DNA from: Sarea resinae
Taxonomy: Eukaryota
Assembly (NCBI GenBank): GCA_026026165.1
Contig: JAPEUD010000085.1
Coordinates: 1 to 64,000 of the forward strand
DNA: 64,000 nt
Direction: 5' to 3'
Shown: piece after piece, positions 60,400-64,000 of the stretch
Layout: each line of letters opens with the position of its first letter
How positions within the stretch are numbered: position 1 is the first letter of the stretch
The notes under the pieces: model-generated
The model's database searches: none
Seen by the model: only the letters and a program-made list of their open reading frames with translations
Told to the model about the DNA's origin: nothing
Made by a program: the position numbers and the translations under genes

Positions 60400-62703
60400 A
60401 TGTTTGCCTTGTCAGCGAAGCTGGCCGTGGCTGCCACGCTTTCCTCGAGTCTTATTTCTGCTCGTTCCCTCCAACAGGTGCCTCGCAGTTCTTGGAATGG
60501 TACCAACAGTACTGGTCTGACACTTAATATTGCATCCGAGGGTGTGAACGCGACCTCACCCCTTCTCTATGGTATTATGTTCGAGGATATCAGTGTACGA
60601 AAGCCCCGTGGCTTTGTCATCATCATTAATAGGTCCTAATAGATAGGCACATTATATAGAATAGCGGTGACGGAGGTATCTATGGCGAGCTCATCAGTAA
60701 CAGGGACTTTTACGGTAATTCAGGAATCCCAGAGACTGGGTGACAAGCCCTAACTGACGTGGAAAAGGAAAAACCTCCTATAGCCAGGACCTCTACGGTC
60801 CCACCATCGCCAATTGGACTTCATCCAGTGGTACTAACATCGGAGTGACCTCCAAATATCCTCTTTCCCAGGGGCAGCTCTGGTCTCTAAATGCCAATAT
60901 AAGCAGCAATGCTACTGGTGAAGTCACTCTTTCGAACGTTGGGTATGTTAGCAACTACTTGCCACGTGCCTCAGCTGACCTCAGATATCAGCTACTGGGG
61001 CTTCGATGTGAAGCCTCAAACCTATAACGCTTCTTTCTACATCCTTGGCACGGCAGGAAATAAAAGTTGGCCCTCCCACATAGATGTTTCTCTTCGCTCC
61101 GCTGATGGCTCCAAAACTTTTGCCAAATCGTCCATCCCTATCACCAACCAGAGCATCTCTGGCACCCAGTATAACTATTTCTCTACTCAGATTGTCAACA
61201 CTGAGCAGGCTCCTGATTCCAATAATGTCTTCACCATCTCTGTCGATGCTGCTGAGGCCAGCGGTGACCAATACTGGATTGCTCTCCCGAGCTTATTTGG
61301 GGAGACCTTTAAGGGACGTCCCAACGGCCTTCGTAAGGACATTGCACAATCCATGTATGACATGAAGCCTACCTTCCTCCGCTTTCCCGGCGGTAACAAC
61401 CTCGAAGGTCAAACTCTTGCAGAGCATTGGAAGTGGAACGAGACTATTGGCCCCTTGAAAGATCGAAAAGGCCGCATAGGCGACTGGGGCTACTGGAACA
61501 CCAATGGTCTCGGCCTTCTCGAGTACTTCTACTGGTGTGAAGATATGGAGATTGAGCCCATCCTCGCCGTCTGGGCTGGCTACGCCCTTGATGTTGTATC
61601 TGTTCCCGAGGCCGACATGGGGCCCGTTCTCCAGGATATCCTGAACGAGCTTGAGTATATCACGGGTAATGTCTCCACTACCTACGGTGCCCTTCGCGCC
61701 TCCGATGGCCACCCGGAACCCATTGACCTCAAGTATGTTGAGATCGGTAATGAGGACTGGTTTTCTACGACATACCGCTATCGCCTGGACTATATTTACC
61801 CCAAGCTTAAAGCGGCCTATCCTGACATCCACTACATCGTTACGGAGTACAACGAGAATACTGAGGTCGGAATTATTACCCCTCCACCTGGCAGCAGCTG
61901 GGACACTCACCACTACGAGAACCGCGAGGTCTTTATCGACAGCTTCAATTTCTGGGACAACTGGCAGCAGGAGACGAACAACACCGACGTCACCATTTTC
62001 ATCGGCGAGTACGCCAACACTCTTGACGATTCTAATAATACCCTGAAGTGGGGCAATCTCCAAGGCGCCATCAGCGAATCAGTCTATATACTGGGCGCCG
62101 AACGGAATCAGGACGTCGTCCGCATGACATGCTATGCTCCCACTTTCGCCAACGTCAACAACCTCGATTGGACACCAAACTTGATCTCTTTTGACGCTGA
62201 TACTGTTGTCCCCGGCGTCAGCTACTACTTTGAGCAGCTCTTCGCCAGCCACCGTGGTACTAAAACCCTGCAGGTGGAGAACCCAGCGGGTGATTTCGAT
62301 CCGCTCTACTGGGCCGCTCAGATCGATGAAACTCTGAACGTCGTCTACCTCAAGCTTACCAATATTGGTGACGACGATGAGCCCTTGATTGTTAACTTTG
62401 ATACGTCAATCACAGGTTTCAACGGCACTATCATCGTAAGCTTCAGCCGCCTTTCCCCAACGCTCTCTTAGTTACCCCTATAATCTGCTCCATCACTTCT
62501 TATGATACTCATCCATTTGCTCTGCTTTCGATCCAGTGCTGATGGGAGATGACCGACAGACCGGCGACGCCCTTGCCTCCAACACTCTAGCGAGTCCCTA
62601 TACTGTCCTTCCTGCTCCGATCGACGCCAGTTTCACCCCAGGAAAACAATTCAAATGGACGGTCCCTAAACTTTCTATCAACGTCTTGGAGTTTAGCCTC
62701 TGA
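60400..62703 (+). CDS. Secreted alpha-L-arabinofuranosidase, GH51, several introns
   Basis: Signal peptide, SPLLYGIMFEDI, SGDGGIYGELI.NR, FLRFPGGNNLEG, W.W..TIGPL..R.GR.G.WGY.NT.GLGL.EY, YVEIGNED, IFIGEYA, YAP; last exon ends ...WTVPKLSINVLEFSL-TGA. Confidence 0.93.
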
Positions 62704-62949
62704 GGTAGACACAATGGTGCTCGGAAGAAAAAAAAGAACTAACATTCCCGGCCATCGGATCTCTATCCCTCTCAAGCGATATAACAGTAGTTTTCGTTCT
62801 ATATCCCCCTCAAAAGACCATTTTGTACGCGGGATTTGAAGTTTGTATCAGGCCTGTTTAATGTATATACACGATGCACATAAACATAATGCGTATATAC
62901 ATAAGACATTGCTGGACCGTGGCACACGCCTTGAAAAGAATACCTTTGT

Positions 62950-63900
62950 ATTCAGGGATAGCGAAAGTTCTTAATGTAGCACTCTTGATCATATCGAATC
63001 TACCTAGCATCGATCTGGTCTGGCTTCCGCCCCAGCTTACTCGGTCGATCAGAAGCGCTAAGACCAGCGCTTATCTAGAGCCTGACTACTAGTATCTTCG
63101 CTAACGTATCGGCGATTTGGGCAGCTGCGGGTTGTTTGCTTATATAGAGCGCACTCTACTGCGAGCCTTTATGGATAGACTCGCCGCTATCGTATGTAGA
63201 GTCTAGGCACCCTCTTTCTGGCTCTCTCTTTGTTCAGATCCAGACTCTATACCTATATATGTTATATATTGTAACAAATAGCTTATTCCTTCCTTGGACC
63301 CACGTGCGCCTAAGCATATACGTTGGCTTTGGGACCGATTTCACTATTGTAGGCTCGCGGTTGACTTCTCTGGAGGTTTTGAATGGCCTGACACTTCGAT
63401 TTCAATCTTCCGTTAGCTCTTGTTCACTATCAATCGGAATACATTCTAGATCTAAAATCCGAGGTGAGCACTCGATCAAATCGGGTAATCCTACAGATCC
63501 TCGGCGCCTCTTCATTCTAAGGAATGAGTCGCGCTACTTCTCACTCTGTTCCCTGACTGGTACGGCAAGCGACACCCTTTGCCCACCTTACGCAAGGCCT
63601 TCTTCTTCATCAGCCCGAAGGCGTAGCTCTTTATTTCCCTACCTTCCGCAGACAGATGGGTGCGGCACCAATCGTTGTCCTAAACATCCCCTCAACCAGT
63701 TTAAGAGCCATCTCATCACGGTAAGCGTCCTCCGTCTCGAGAGACCGCACATACCTCGGAAGAACGATACAAAACGGAGCATAGACAGCCAGCTGAGTTT
63801 CCTGTCCCCCAAGTCTCCCTCTTCGTACTTCTTCGCATTTCCCGACTTTTCCTTGATATTCCGCCGCAACGCTTGACGGTGGTGAGTGGTGTCGGGCATT
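62950..63900 (-). pseudogene. Partly RIP-degraded unidentified coding/repeat remnant
   Basis: One minus-strand frame stays protein-like for ~300 codons but is interrupted by scattered TAG/TAA/TGA; TpA enrichment around 63000-63280. Confidence 0.3.
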
Positions 63901-64000
63901 AGAACGATATTACAGTGATGGTAGTAGCACAAGGCCTGGTGGCAAAACTGGGGATTGCCCGCAAATGATCTGTTTATATGACATTCAGCTCCATGTTGCC

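Overview
Gene-dense genomic DNA from a filamentous ascomycete (Pezizomycotina), judged from short GT-AG introns with CTRAY branch points and RIP-mutated repeats. The main feature is a ~13.5 kb island (2741-16195) bracketed by two RIP-degraded relics. It holds four de novo purine biosynthesis genes (ADE4, ADE1, ADE2, ADE8), a peroxisomal PCS60/oxalate-CoA-ligase-like acyl-CoA synthetase and a Zap1-like C2H2 transcription factor. These six genes form three consecutive head-to-head pairs, and each shared promoter contains a TGACTC-type site. A fourth divergent pair, MRI1/HIS3 (both metabolically tied to purines), follows directly after the right-hand relic. The rest of the window is ordinary: DER1, an RlpA/expansin-like gene, SDH2, a hypothetical gene, a pseudogenised NACHT-ankyrin NLR, a TPR/SET-MYND-like gene, a 62-aa membrane microprotein, a DHA1 MFS transporter, a gamma-glutamyltranspeptidase, a GT31 glycosyltransferase, an FMO-like monooxygenase and a GH51 arabinofuranosidase. 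All calls come from reading motifs and splice sites by eye; no database search was run.
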